From contig CAWJBB010000082.1 of the NCBI GenBank assembly GCA_963840855.1, forward strand, positions 1 through 56,486: a DNA stretch of 56,486 nucleotides, in the 5' to 3' direction. A program made the position numbers and the translations under genes. Position 1 is the stretch's first letter; each line of letters opens with the position of its first letter. Source of the DNA: an uncultured delta proteobacterium. Its GTDB lineage: Bacteria > Desulfobacterota > Binatia > UBA9968. The notes under the pieces are model-generated. The model ran no database searches and had not been told where the DNA came from. It saw only the letters and a program-made list of their open reading frames with translations. Of the stretch, positions 19,217 through 28,537 are shown in pieces.

Positions 19217-20266
19217 ATGGACGGGAAATACGGCGCGATCATCATCCAGACCCGAGTCAAGGAATGTTTCAATCGGCAAGACGTCATCGATAACCTGACG
19301 CGAGCTTGCAAAGTAACCCACACCGCGGTGCGCCATCCTTACTTCGGCCATCATATTCAGAACAAGCTCGTCGCCTTCGACACCCATGCGCATAATCATG
19401 GCTATTCGGTCAAGGAGATGATCGACAAGATCGCGATCAGAATACCAGGCGATGAAACCCGGCTGATCAGTGACGCCGCGAAAAACGATGGAATCTACAT
19501 CGTGACTTCCGCGCTGGAATACGACATCAATTTCAAAGAGACCTTTTTCACCTGCTTTTTCATCGTCGATCCCAAAGGCGAAGTGATCTACAAGTACCGA
19601 AAGATCCATACTCATCTCGGCACGGAAAAAACCCTGAGCCCGTACGATGTGATGGACAAATACTATGCGATCTACGGCAAGGACAAGACGCCGCTCGAAA
19701 CGTTTTTTCCAGTCGCCGAAACGGCGCTCGGCAACATCGGCGCGCTGATCGCGCATGATCGAATGTATCCCGAAGCGGCGCGGGCAATGGCGCTCAACGG
19801 CGCGGAAATTTTGATTCTTGGCCCGCAACCGGAGCCGACCGTCGCCAGCGGCCGTTGGGAGACCATGAATCGGGCGCGATCGTTCGAAAACATGGTTTAC
19901 GTGCTTGCGACCAACTATGGGGAATTCATTTCGGATGAAAGGGTCGCGCAGCGTTGGGCGGGCCATTCAATGATCGTAGATTACAACGGCCAGATCATCG
20001 GTTCTGCGCCGTATCCCGGCGAGGCGGTGTGCGCCGCGTTGATCGACATAGAAGCCCTGCGGGAGCGCAGAGCGGATGCGCATGATTCTCCACTGGCGGA
20101 GTTACGCACGGATCTTTACAGAGAGATTTATGCGCAGGATATCTACAGGAAAAACCGCTACGCTCACTCGGTGCCGGGCGAGACGCGCGAAGAGAGGCTC
20201 AACTATTTTCCCGAGGTCTATCAAGAGCTGGTTGCCCGCAAAAGTTACGTTAAGCCTAAGACGTAG
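19217..20266 (+). CDS. Nitrilase/carbon-nitrogen hydrolase fold protein with degenerate active site
   Basis: YKYRKIH, PEAARAMALNGAEIL, RARSFEN and GHSMIVD motifs; the catalytic Cys position reads IAHD and the FPE motif is absent. Confidence 0.85.
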   Translation: MDGKYGAIIIQTRVKECFNRQDVIDNLTRACKVTHTAVRHPYFGHHIQNKLVAFDTHAHNHGYSVKEMIDKIAIRIPGDETRLISDAAKNDGIYIVTSALEYDINFKETFFTCFFIVDPKGEVIYKYRKIHTHLGTEKTLSPYDVMDKYYAIYGKDKTPLETFFPVAETALGNIGALIAHDRMYPEAARAMALNGAEILILGPQPEPTVASGRWETMNRARSFENMVYVLATNYGEFISDERVAQRWAGHSMIVDYNGQIIGSAPYPGEAVCAALIDIEALRERRADAHDSPLAELRTDLYREIYAQDIYRKNRYAHSVPGETREERLNYFPEVYQELVARKSYVKPKT

Positions 20267-20321
20267 GGAATGGTCTGGTCCCCTACCTTGGAGATCGGAG
20301 TTCCGATAGAGCGGAGAGTCG

Positions 20322-21461
20322 ATGAGGCACGGGATTAAAGCCGACTATCGTCATAAAATCTTGTTGTTCGTCGTCTTGTTGTTGACGATGAGTGTCAATG
20401 GCTTCGGCGCTGCGCCACCTTCTAGCATCGACAAGGCCAAACAGGAGGCCGAGGCGCGCGGCTATTTGTTCATCGATAGCCACGAGAAGATCGTCGCCGG
20501 CGCGAAAAAAGAAGGCAAGATGCGCGCGCTCAGCGGTCTCGATGCGGAGACTATCAAGGCAATGCTGAGCGCGTTTAGAAAAAAATATCCTTTTCTCGAT
20601 GTGCGCGTGGAAGAAATCGAAGGCACGGACGCGTACCAGCGATTTGTCTTGCAGATGCAAGCAGGCTCCGCCAAAGGTTGGGATGCCACGTTTATCCCGA
20701 TTGATTTTTATATGAACTATCAGCCCTTCCAGAAGAAAGTCGACCTTTTGGGAATGGTTCGAAGCGGGGTGCTGCAGATCCATCCAGAGATGATTCATCC
20801 GGTAGACCGCAATGTGATCGGCAGTTCGAGCATCTTGCAGGTGGTGGCGTACAATCGAAAGCTGCTCGCCGACGCCAGGACGCCGGATAGCTGGGAAGAT
20901 TTCCTCAAGCCGGAGTTTAAGGGAAAGAAGTTTCTGGCCGACATTAGGCCGTTTCCGCTTGCGTGCCTGGTGCCTCTTTGGGGATTGGATAAAACTTTGG
21001 ATTTCTCCCGGAAACTAGCAGCGCAGGAGCCCATATGGGTGAGAGGCGCGACCCGCTTGCTGACCTCCATCGTCGCCGGAGAGTATGCGCTATTCATGGG
21101 ACCCAATTACAATTCGGTTAAGCGCGCCGAGAGTAGAGACAAGACTGCTACTCTCGGCCTGAAGGTGGTCGAACCGGTTCCAACCCGGATCGCTCGGGCC
21201 GACGGCGTTCTCAACAACGCGGACAGTCCGAATGCGGCGCTCTTGTGGTTGGAGTTTCATGCCTCTGCCGAAGCTCAGGAGATCATGGACAAGATATCTC
21301 CTTATCAGGCGTCGATCTTTTACGCCGGTTCAGCGACCGCGCGTGCCACGCAGGGAAAGAAACTATCGGTCGTGGACTGGAGTCATTTTCAAAGAATGAG
21401 AGAGTACGAAGAAAAAATCGTCGGCGCTCTTGGCTTTCCGCAGGCGCAGGTTAAGGGCTAA
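20322..21461 (+). CDS. ABC transporter solute-binding protein
   Basis: Signal peptide; GAKKEGK, AYNRKL, WEDFLKPEFKG and PNAALLWLEF motifs. Confidence 0.85.
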   Translation: MRHGIKADYRHKILLFVVLLLTMSVNGFGAAPPSSIDKAKQEAEARGYLFIDSHEKIVAGAKKEGKMRALSGLDAETIKAMLSAFRKKYPFLDVRVEEIEGTDAYQRFVLQMQAGSAKGWDATFIPIDFYMNYQPFQKKVDLLGMVRSGVLQIHPEMIHPVDRNVIGSSSILQVVAYNRKLLADARTPDSWEDFLKPEFKGKKFLADIRPFPLACLVPLWGLDKTLDFSRKLAAQEPIWVRGATRLLTSIVAGEYALFMGPNYNSVKRAESRDKTATLGLKVVEPVPTRIARADGVLNNADSPNAALLWLEFHASAEAQEIMDKISPYQASIFYAGSATARATQGKKLSVVDWSHFQRMREYEEKIVGALGFPQAQVKG

Positions 21462-21517
21462 ATGTTTTTTGAAAAGGTCATTGTCAAGTTATCTGAGTAA
21501 CGCGCGAGGCGTATCAC

Positions 21518-22387
21518 ATGGAGAAGCTAATCATTTTTGCCGCGCTGGGCTACCCCGGGTCGGCCAACCCATCCCTCCCAGCGATACCTGCGACCTGGGA
21601 GGAGTTGGTCGAATCCGCGGTTGCAGCACACGCGGCGGGCGCCAGTATCGTTCACTTCCACGGGCCTCATGACGAACAAGGAAAAATCATTCCCGATGGT
21701 TGGGGCCGCGTGACCGAAGCGATCCGCAAGCGCTGTGACGTGTTGATCGATTTTGGCCAGGCGGGCGCGCCGTGGGAACAGCGCAAGCCATTGCTCGAAC
21801 TGGGCACGGCAAAGCCGGATTTCTTCGCGGTCTCACTTACCAATCATGACTACCGGCGCCGCCATGCCGATGGCAGCGATTACGACGTTTACTATTCGCA
21901 CACCAGAGAGGAACTGGAAACCTATGCGCGCGTGTGCGCCGGGTTTGGCGTTAAACCGCACTGGGAAGTGTGGCATCCCGGCGGGTTGTGGAATTTCGAT
22001 TTTCTGGCGAAGAAAGGTCTAATCGCCAAACCGTATTGGTTGGAACTCTTGTTCGGCACGCCGGGCGGCACCTGGTCGCCGCCGACCTTGGAAGAAATCA
22101 ATCTGCGCATCGATAGTTTGCCCGCCGAATCAGTCTATTCCGTGACGGCGCGTGGAACCGCCGGGCCGCTGGGTCAAACCCGCATGCTCACGTTCGTGAT
22201 CATCAAAGGCGGACATGTTCGGCTCGGCACCCAAGATATCCCTTACTATGCCGAAGGGGTGCCTGCTGAGAGCAACGCCCAGCTGGTCAAGCGCATCGTT
22301 CGTATCGCCACCGAACTGGGCAGGGGAATTGCCACGCCGGATGATGCAAGAAAGATACTAGGTCTGCCGGAGAAGCAGAGAAAGTGA
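21518..22387 (+). CDS. Beta-keto acid cleavage enzyme (BKACE/DUF849, Kce-like)
   Basis: AAGASIVHFH, GVKPHWE, GGHVRLGTQD, SNAQLV and ATPDDARKILGL motifs. Confidence 0.9.
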   Translation: MEKLIIFAALGYPGSANPSLPAIPATWEELVESAVAAHAAGASIVHFHGPHDEQGKIIPDGWGRVTEAIRKRCDVLIDFGQAGAPWEQRKPLLELGTAKPDFFAVSLTNHDYRRRHADGSDYDVYYSHTREELETYARVCAGFGVKPHWEVWHPGGLWNFDFLAKKGLIAKPYWLELLFGTPGGTWSPPTLEEINLRIDSLPAESVYSVTARGTAGPLGQTRMLTFVIIKGGHVRLGTQDIPYYAEGVPAESNAQLVKRIVRIATELGRGIATPDDARKILGLPEKQRK

Positions 22388-22393
22388 TTCTCG

Positions 22394-23416
22394 ATGAACA
22401 GAATCAAGCTCGCAGCGCTCTTTGCGGCATTGGTCCTGCCTGTTTTCGTCCCGTTGCAGGCGGCCCGGGGGCAAAGCGGACCCGATGCGAAACTGATCGA
22501 AGGAGCGAAACGGGAACGCGAGGTTGTCTGGTACACGACCACGAACCTGGAGACCAGCAGAGTCATCGCCGAGGTTTTTCAGAAAAAATACCCTTACCTC
22601 AAATTTGTCTTCTATCGCGCCGGAGTTGGGCCGCTGATCAATAGAGTCCTGCTCGAGGCACGCTCGGGAAAGTTTGACTGGGACGTCGTGTCCGGCGGCG
22701 GCGAGCTGTTTGCGCCGATCATGGAACGAGGACTGATCGCGCCGTACCGGTCGCCGGAGACGCGCATGATCGACGAGGACTTGGTGGATAAGCAGGGCTA
22801 CTGGACCGCCTATACCGTGGGGACTTTTGTCTTGGGGTTCAATAAAAAGTTGGTCAGGCCGCAAGACGTTCCCAAAACCTATGAGGCTCTCCTCGAGCCA
22901 AAATGGAAGGGGCAAAAAATCGCCGTCGACAACTCCGCGGGACTCCTCCATGCGCTCATACCCGTGTGGGGAAAAGAAAAAGCGCTCGCCTACTTTCGCC
23001 AGCTCGCCGCCCAGAATCCCGTTGTCAAAGAAAGCACGTCGATCATCGCGCAGTTGCTCAACGCCGGTGAGATGCCGCTGGCCATCAGCTTGGCCCATCT
23101 TTACGAGCTCAATCTTAGAAAAGGCGCGCCAATTGACTGGCTCGCCCTCGAACCGGCCGTCGTAAGGGTGGTGCCGACGATGTTGGGCGCAAAGTCTCGG
23201 CACCCCAACGGCGCCAAGCTCTTTTACGATTTTCTTGTCGGCAAGGAGGGACAGGAAATAATTCGGTCATTCAACCGGCCTTCGGTGCGTAGAGATGTTC
23301 TGCCCGACCCGCCGCGACTCATCCAGGGTTACAGGCGCGTGACGATGTACCCGGAACTGTATAAGAACCTCGCCGACACGCAGAAGATTTACGATGAAAT
23401 ATTCAATCTGCGGTAG
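22394..23416 (+). CDS. ABC transporter solute-binding protein (AfuA-like)
   Basis: Signal peptide; GAKREREVVWYT, GAPIDW and HPNGAKLFYDF motifs. Confidence 0.9.
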   Translation: MNRIKLAALFAALVLPVFVPLQAARGQSGPDAKLIEGAKREREVVWYTTTNLETSRVIAEVFQKKYPYLKFVFYRAGVGPLINRVLLEARSGKFDWDVVSGGGELFAPIMERGLIAPYRSPETRMIDEDLVDKQGYWTAYTVGTFVLGFNKKLVRPQDVPKTYEALLEPKWKGQKIAVDNSAGLLHALIPVWGKEKALAYFRQLAAQNPVVKESTSIIAQLLNAGEMPLAISLAHLYELNLRKGAPIDWLALEPAVVRVVPTMLGAKSRHPNGAKLFYDFLVGKEGQEIIRSFNRPSVRRDVLPDPPRLIQGYRRVTMYPELYKNLADTQKIYDEIFNLR

Positions 23417-23491
23417 CGGCGACGGGCGATCTCGTGCCCGTGCTATCGCTGAGCTTTGGAACGAGTCAGACCCACGCCAAAGAATTCTATT

Positions 23492-23588
23492 CTCGCGCCA
23501 AGACGCCGAGAGGCAAAGTTTGGGGAAAGACATCTTATCTTTGAAGAATCCGTACTTTACCTTGACGTCTTTGCGCCTTTTGCGCGAG
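23492..23588. repeat. Intergenic inverted-repeat element (CTCGCGC..AAG / CTT..GCGCGAG)
   Basis: Arms ctcgcgccaagacgccgagaggcaaag and cttgacgtctttgcgcctttttgcgcgag-like; a related copy lies at 31811-31890. Confidence 0.7.
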
Positions 23589-23729
23589 TCTCAATCGGTG
23601 TTCGTGGTCTTTGTGACGGCTAATTTGGACAAGAGTGATGCGTGGTTGCGGCGCCGTCGAGAGTTTGCGTATAAAAGCAAAGGACTATGTCCGTTCCGTT
23701 GGTAGTCTTTGCCGAGGAGGCACATAAGC

Positions 23730-24296
23730 ATGGCGACACTTAGATTTCTCGACCCGCGGGCAGCGGTGAATCCCAAGGAGCGCGCGCCGGTGCCTGGCTT
23801 GGATACGCTGGACGGGAAAGTTATCGGCATTATCGACAATGGCCAAGCCAATTCAACCGACATGTTCAAGGAGTTGGCTCGTTTGCTTCAAGAGCGTTTT
23901 CATACACGGAAAATTCTCTTCGAAACCAAGCCCTCCCATATGCAGGGAGCGCCGACGCGAATCATGGAGGACTTTTTGAGCCGGTGTGACGCCGTCATCA
24001 CCGGTTTGGGCGCTTGAGGGTCGTGTACATCGTGGAGTGTCCACGACGCCATCGAACTGCAAAAGAAAGGCAAGCCAACGGTGACCTTGTGCCAGTCGAT
24101 CTTTATGGAGCTGGGTAGGACCGAAGCGAAGTTTTTTGGCATCATGAATCTGCCGCTGATCGAGATTCCGCACCATCCGAGCGGCGGCGCCCGCGCCGGC
24201 GAGCACCGCGCGGACGCCGAGGGCGCCATCGAGCCGGTGGCGAAGACGCTGACGCTGACAACGGCGAGCGCTGAAAGAGCAAGGCAAGTGGGGTGA
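23730..24296 (+). CDS. UGSC-family selenoprotein (UGA at 24015-24017 read as Sec)
   Basis: ORFs 23709..24017 and 24081..24296 are in the same frame and join as ITGLGA-U-GSCTSWSVHDAIELQKKGKPTV; hairpin immediately 3' of the UGA. Confidence 0.9.
24018..24050 (+). promoter_or_regulatory. Bacterial SECIS-like stem-loop
   Basis: TCGTGGA-GTG-TCCACGA perfect 7-bp stem at 24030-24046, with a G-containing loop about 20 nt after the UGA. Confidence 0.75.
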
Positions 24297-24373
24297 GGCT
24301 TTTGATTAGGTGCCTTCCCACCGAAGCGCAGAGCCTAGCTTCACGCCGCGACGTCTTACTTGTTGATCCGATT

Positions 24374-24780
24374 CCTTTCCCCCTTGCGGGGAAAGGTTAG
24401 GATAGGGGGTATGAACCGCGTAAGGTTGCGTGCTCGCGCTCTTCGCCATAATCCCACCGAAGCTGAAAGGCTCCTTTGGGGCCAGCTTCGATTCTGGCAG
24501 ATCGACGGCTACAAATTTAGAAGGCAGCAACCTCTGGGTAAATACATTATTGATTTCGTATGCTTTGAAAAAAGATTAATCATCGAGCTTGATGGCGGTC
24601 AACATGCTGAGCAGTTGAAATACGATGCGGAAAGAGACGCGTGGTTACGTGCGCAAGGTTTTTCAGTTGTGCGTTTTTGGAACAATGAGGTGCTGCAGAA
24701 TATTGGTAGTGTGAAAGAAACAATATTCAACAAATTGGAAAGTACCCCCTTCCTCAGTCCTTCCCCGCAAGGGGGAAGGA
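24374..24780. mobile_element. DUF559 endonuclease insertion bounded by ~37-bp inverted repeats
   Basis: Left cctttcccccttgcggggaaaggttaggatagggggt (24374-24410); right acccccttcctcagtccttccccgcaagggggaagga (24744-24780). Confidence 0.7.
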
Positions 24781-24824
24781 GGCGGACTAAAGGGAAGAGT
24801 CAACTCGGTTACAGTCGTTCTTAA
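24411..24824 (+). CDS. DUF559 / Vsr-like endonuclease
   Basis: ARALRHNPTEAERLLW, FRRQQPLGKYIIDF, IELDGGQH and VRFWNNEV motifs. Confidence 0.9.
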   Translation: MNRVRLRARALRHNPTEAERLLWGQLRFWQIDGYKFRRQQPLGKYIIDFVCFEKRLIIELDGGQHAEQLKYDAERDAWLRAQGFSVVRFWNNEVLQNIGSVKETIFNKLESTPFLSPSPQGGRRRTKGKSQLGYSRS

Positions 24825-24847
24825 ATCTTTGGAGTTTGTTTTCATTC

Positions 24848-25912
24848 ATGAATCTCACCTCCAACCTCATCGAAGTCGAAGACAGCTGGGAGGCCGCCAA
24901 CGACTGGTTCCTGAAAGAAAAGCTAAGCGATGGCTTGCCCATTGTGCCGCCGACGCCGGAGCGGGTGGAACGGATGTTGTGCGGTACAAAACGCGATCCG
25001 CAGGAGGTGATCGGGCCGATCCCGCCCAAGTGGGCGCCCTGTTCCATCGAAAAGATCGCCATCAACGCCGTCATGGCCGGCTGCGCGCCTGATTATCTTC
25101 CCGTGGTCATCGCCGCGGTCGAAGCGATCTGCGAGCCGCGGTTCAATCTTTACGGCGTTCAAGCCACCACCGGTTATGTCGGGCCGGCTCTGCTTTTAAA
25201 TGGACCTATTCGCAAGCAGCTTGATGTCAATTGCGACGCCGGCGTGTTCGGTCCAGGTTTCCGCTCCAATGCGACCATCGGCCGCGCGATCCGTTTGATT
25301 CTCATCACCGTCGGCGGCGGCTATCCGGGCGATACGGACCGTTCGACGTTCGGTTGGCCGGGCAAGTACACCATGTGCTTCGGCGAAAACCAGGAAAAAA
25401 GCCCGTGGGAGCCCTATCACGTCGAGTTCGGGTTTGAGCCGGAACAGAGCACGGTGACCGTGTTCGGCATTAACGGCTTTTTGCCGATTCACACCGCGGG
25501 TAATACCGGCGAGCAGGCGCTTTCATCTCTCGCCGAGGTGCTCAAGATGCACCACGGCGTGAGCCATCTCGACGTCGGCAGCTTCGGCGGCGGCACGCCG
25601 TTGATCGCCCTCGGCGTCGAAGACGCGGAGATCATGGCGCGGGACGGGATTACCAAAAAGCAAATCAAAGACTATCTCTGGGAACATGCGTCTTTGAAAT
25701 TCTCGGAAGTTCCGGCGCGCCGCAAGGGGCATAAAAACGATGACGAATTGTTGAAGGAATCCCCCAACGTGACCCCGGATCAGGTCGTTCATCTCTCGAC
25801 CAAGCCCGAAGACATCATGATCATCGTCTGTGGCGGCAAACATCGCCACTCCGTCTTTCTGCCGATGTGGACGGGACGAAATACTTTGTGTGTGATCAAG
25901 CCGATTCGGTGA
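24848..25912 (+). CDS. UGSC-associated conserved protein (DGLPxVPPT family)
   Basis: SDGLPIVPPTPERVERML, EKIAINAVMAGC, NATIGRAIRL and FGENQEKSPW motifs. Confidence 0.85.
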   Translation: MNLTSNLIEVEDSWEAANDWFLKEKLSDGLPIVPPTPERVERMLCGTKRDPQEVIGPIPPKWAPCSIEKIAINAVMAGCAPDYLPVVIAAVEAICEPRFNLYGVQATTGYVGPALLLNGPIRKQLDVNCDAGVFGPGFRSNATIGRAIRLILITVGGGYPGDTDRSTFGWPGKYTMCFGENQEKSPWEPYHVEFGFEPEQSTVTVFGINGFLPIHTAGNTGEQALSSLAEVLKMHHGVSHLDVGSFGGGTPLIALGVEDAEIMARDGITKKQIKDYLWEHASLKFSEVPARRKGHKNDDELLKESPNVTPDQVVHLSTKPEDIMIIVCGGKHRHSVFLPMWTGRNTLCVIKPIR

Positions 25913-26215
25913 AACGAAGCAGAATTAGGGAGAGCTGGAGTGACTTGTGAACACTGCCGCTAATGCATATCGATTCCAGTTATCTCAAACAGTCCTTGAG
26001 AGAAGCGATTAATCGACTTCTCTGTTATTCCCGCGGCGTAGACTATTCTCCACATCGCTTGGCTTCACTACTCAAAACCAGCTCCGACGCGCTGGCAGCG
26101 CATCAGGTACAAAGCGATTTTGAGAGGGTCAAAATGGCTCTGAGCCGCCAAGGGTTGATTAGAAAATTGAAGCGATATAACGTCAAAATCCCTTCTTGAT
26201 GCCTGGGGAAATGGT

Positions 26216-28522
26216 ATGCATCTACGACATTTGCGCTCTCTTGTGCTCAGTCTCTTTTTGACTTGGATCGTAAACGTTGCCGAGTCCGTGTCTGGCGCTG
26301 AAGTCCCGCCCACAGATAGCCACGCGGCGCAAGGCTTGAGGGCGTTCCAACGAGGAGACTTTGAACAGGCTGTTTTGAGCTGGACTGAGGCTTCCCGATC
26401 GTACGAGAGTGAGAGAAAGTTAAGCCTACAAAGCAACGCGCTCATTCAGCTGTCTCAAGCCTTGCAGGCTCTGGGCCAATACAAAGAAGCCCTCACGAAC
26501 GTCGAGCTCTCTGTTGCGCTGGCCGAAAAAGCGGGTGATCGGACGCAGATGGCTTTCGCCCTCGGCACGCTGGGCAATCTCTACATCGCCACCGGACCGG
26601 GAGATGTAGCCCAAAAATATTTAACCGAGGGACTTCGGCTGGCCAGAGAGTCGGAAAATCTCGCTCTTTCGGCGGTTATCTTGAACAACTTGGGGAATCT
26701 AAGGACGTCGCAGGAAAATTATAAAGACGCGGTGGCGGCTTACATGGAAAGTGACTCTCTCGCGATGGCCGGCGACAACCCTGCTTTAGCTGCAAGCGCG
26801 CTAACTAATGCGGCGACGGCGTCCCTGCGGAATGGGCAACATTCGCAAGCCAAGACGCTGCTCGACAGAGCGTCCCAGCAGACACGTTTTGTGGGGCCAT
26901 CGCACGATAAGGCCTTAGGATTGATCAATATAGGCTTGGCCTATCACCGGCTTCGTTCACAGCTCCCCGATTCCAAGGATGCTCTGCTACTGCAAGCCTT
27001 TGAGGCATTCAGCGAAGGGGGTGCTCTCGCTGAAAATATTGGCGATCGCCGAACAGCATCCTACGCCTGGGGTTATCTGGGCAGACTATACGAAGATGAA
27101 CAGCGGTACGAGGAGGCGTTGCAGCTGACGCGAAGGGCGACGTTCGCAGCCCAGGGAGTAAACGCGCCCGAATCTCTTTACCGCTGGCAGTGGCAAACCG
27201 GTCGTCTGCTGAAGCAACAGGGAGCTACGGATGACGCCATTGCGGCATACCGTCGCGCGGTGCATACGCTCCAGTCGATTCGCTCAGAGCTGGCGGTCAG
27301 CTATGGAGGTTCACAAACGTCGTTTCGTGAGGCCGTGGGGCCGGTGTATTTCGAACTGGTGGATCTACTCCTTCAAAGGGCCGCTTCGCTCCAGGATCGG
27401 GATCAGGTTGGACCGTACCTGATCGAAGCGCGGGAAGCCGTCGAATTGTTCAAGGTGGCTGAGTTGCGCGATTACTTTCGTGATGATTGCGTGGATACGG
27501 CCCTGGCCAAAGTTACTAAACTCGATGTGGTAGCTAAAACCACCGTGATCGTGTACCCGATCATCCTTTCTGATCGAACCGAGCTGTTGGTAAGCCTGCC
27601 AACCGGGCTGAAGCGACTTACAGTCTCCGTGGGCGCGAACGTTCTTACGCAAGAGATACGGCAATTTCGTCGCAGGCTGGAGAAACGGACGACTCGAGAA
27701 TACCTCCCCCACGCGCAGAGACTCTATGATTGGCTAATTCGGCCCCTCGACGCAGACCTAACTTCCTTTCAGATCGATACCCTGGTCTTTGTGCCGGACG
27801 GAGCGCTGCGCACCATCCCCATGGGCGCGCTGCACGATGGCAAGCAGTTTCTGGTGAGCAAATACGCACTGGGAATCACGCCAGGTCTTAACCTGACGGA
27901 TCCGCGGCCGATCAAACGGGAAGGCATGAAGATGCTGGCGGTGGGCGTGACGGAGGCGGTGCAAGGGTTTCCGGCGTTGCCAAACGTGTCGGCAGAGCTT
28001 GAGGCGCTGCGGACTCTTTTCGATAGCACGACGCTGGTTGACAAGGCATTCCTCGTTGCCAACCTGGAGAAGCAGCTTAAGGATGAATCGTTTACCATCG
28101 TGCACGTCGCTTCTCACGGAGAGGTGGGCAGCGATTCGGAGAAGACTTTCCTTCTCGCCTTCGACGCTAAGGTGACGCTGGATCGCTTAGACCAGATGGT
28201 GGGAGTCTTCAGGTTCCGGGATGATCCCTTGGAACTCCTCACCTTGAGCGCCTGCGATACGGCCGCTGGAGACGACCGGGCCGCGTTGGGCCTCGCCGGC
28301 ATGGCGATCAAGGCAGGGGCCAGGAGCGCCCTCGCCACCTTGTGGAATATCAACGATGAAGCATCCGCCGATCTTGTCATAGACTTTTATCGAGAGCTTA
28401 AGGATACCTCGGCCTCCAGAGCGGTGGCGCTGCAACGGGCCCAGTTAAAAGCATTGGCTAATCCGCGCTACGACCATCCCGGCTTCTGGTCGCCGTTTCT
28501 GATGATCAATAATTGGTTATAA
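26216..28522 (+). CDS. Secreted TPR + CHAT (caspase-like) domain protein
   Basis: Signal peptide, TPR helices (LNNLGNL, LINIGLAY), FVPDGALR, catalytic HVASHG and LSACDT, ATLWNIND, HPGFWSPF. Confidence 0.95.
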   Translation: MHLRHLRSLVLSLFLTWIVNVAESVSGAEVPPTDSHAAQGLRAFQRGDFEQAVLSWTEASRSYESERKLSLQSNALIQLSQALQALGQYKEALTNVELSVALAEKAGDRTQMAFALGTLGNLYIATGPGDVAQKYLTEGLRLARESENLALSAVILNNLGNLRTSQENYKDAVAAYMESDSLAMAGDNPALAASALTNAATASLRNGQHSQAKTLLDRASQQTRFVGPSHDKALGLINIGLAYHRLRSQLPDSKDALLLQAFEAFSEGGALAENIGDRRTASYAWGYLGRLYEDEQRYEEALQLTRRATFAAQGVNAPESLYRWQWQTGRLLKQQGATDDAIAAYRRAVHTLQSIRSELAVSYGGSQTSFREAVGPVYFELVDLLLQRAASLQDRDQVGPYLIEAREAVELFKVAELRDYFRDDCVDTALAKVTKLDVVAKTTVIVYPIILSDRTELLVSLPTGLKRLTVSVGANVLTQEIRQFRRRLEKRTTREYLPHAQRLYDWLIRPLDADLTSFQIDTLVFVPDGALRTIPMGALHDGKQFLVSKYALGITPGLNLTDPRPIKREGMKMLAVGVTEAVQGFPALPNVSAELEALRTLFDSTTLVDKAFLVANLEKQLKDESFTIVHVASHGEVGSDSEKTFLLAFDAKVTLDRLDQMVGVFRFRDDPLELLTLSACDTAAGDDRAALGLAGMAIKAGARSALATLWNINDEASADLVIDFYRELKDTSASRAVALQRAQLKALANPRYDHPGFWSPFLMINNWL

Positions 28523-28537
28523 CTTGGTCTTTGTGCC

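Noticed and set aside
25963-26199. 78-aa ORF upstream of CHAT (also 41545..41832 and 42715..43008)
   Set aside because: No recognisable motif or convincing RBS; cannot be supported from the sequence alone
26216-28522. CRISPR type III-E TPR-CHAT or gasdermin-type defence protease
   Set aside because: The protein has a signal peptide, and there are no cas7-11, gasdermin or STAND NTPase neighbours
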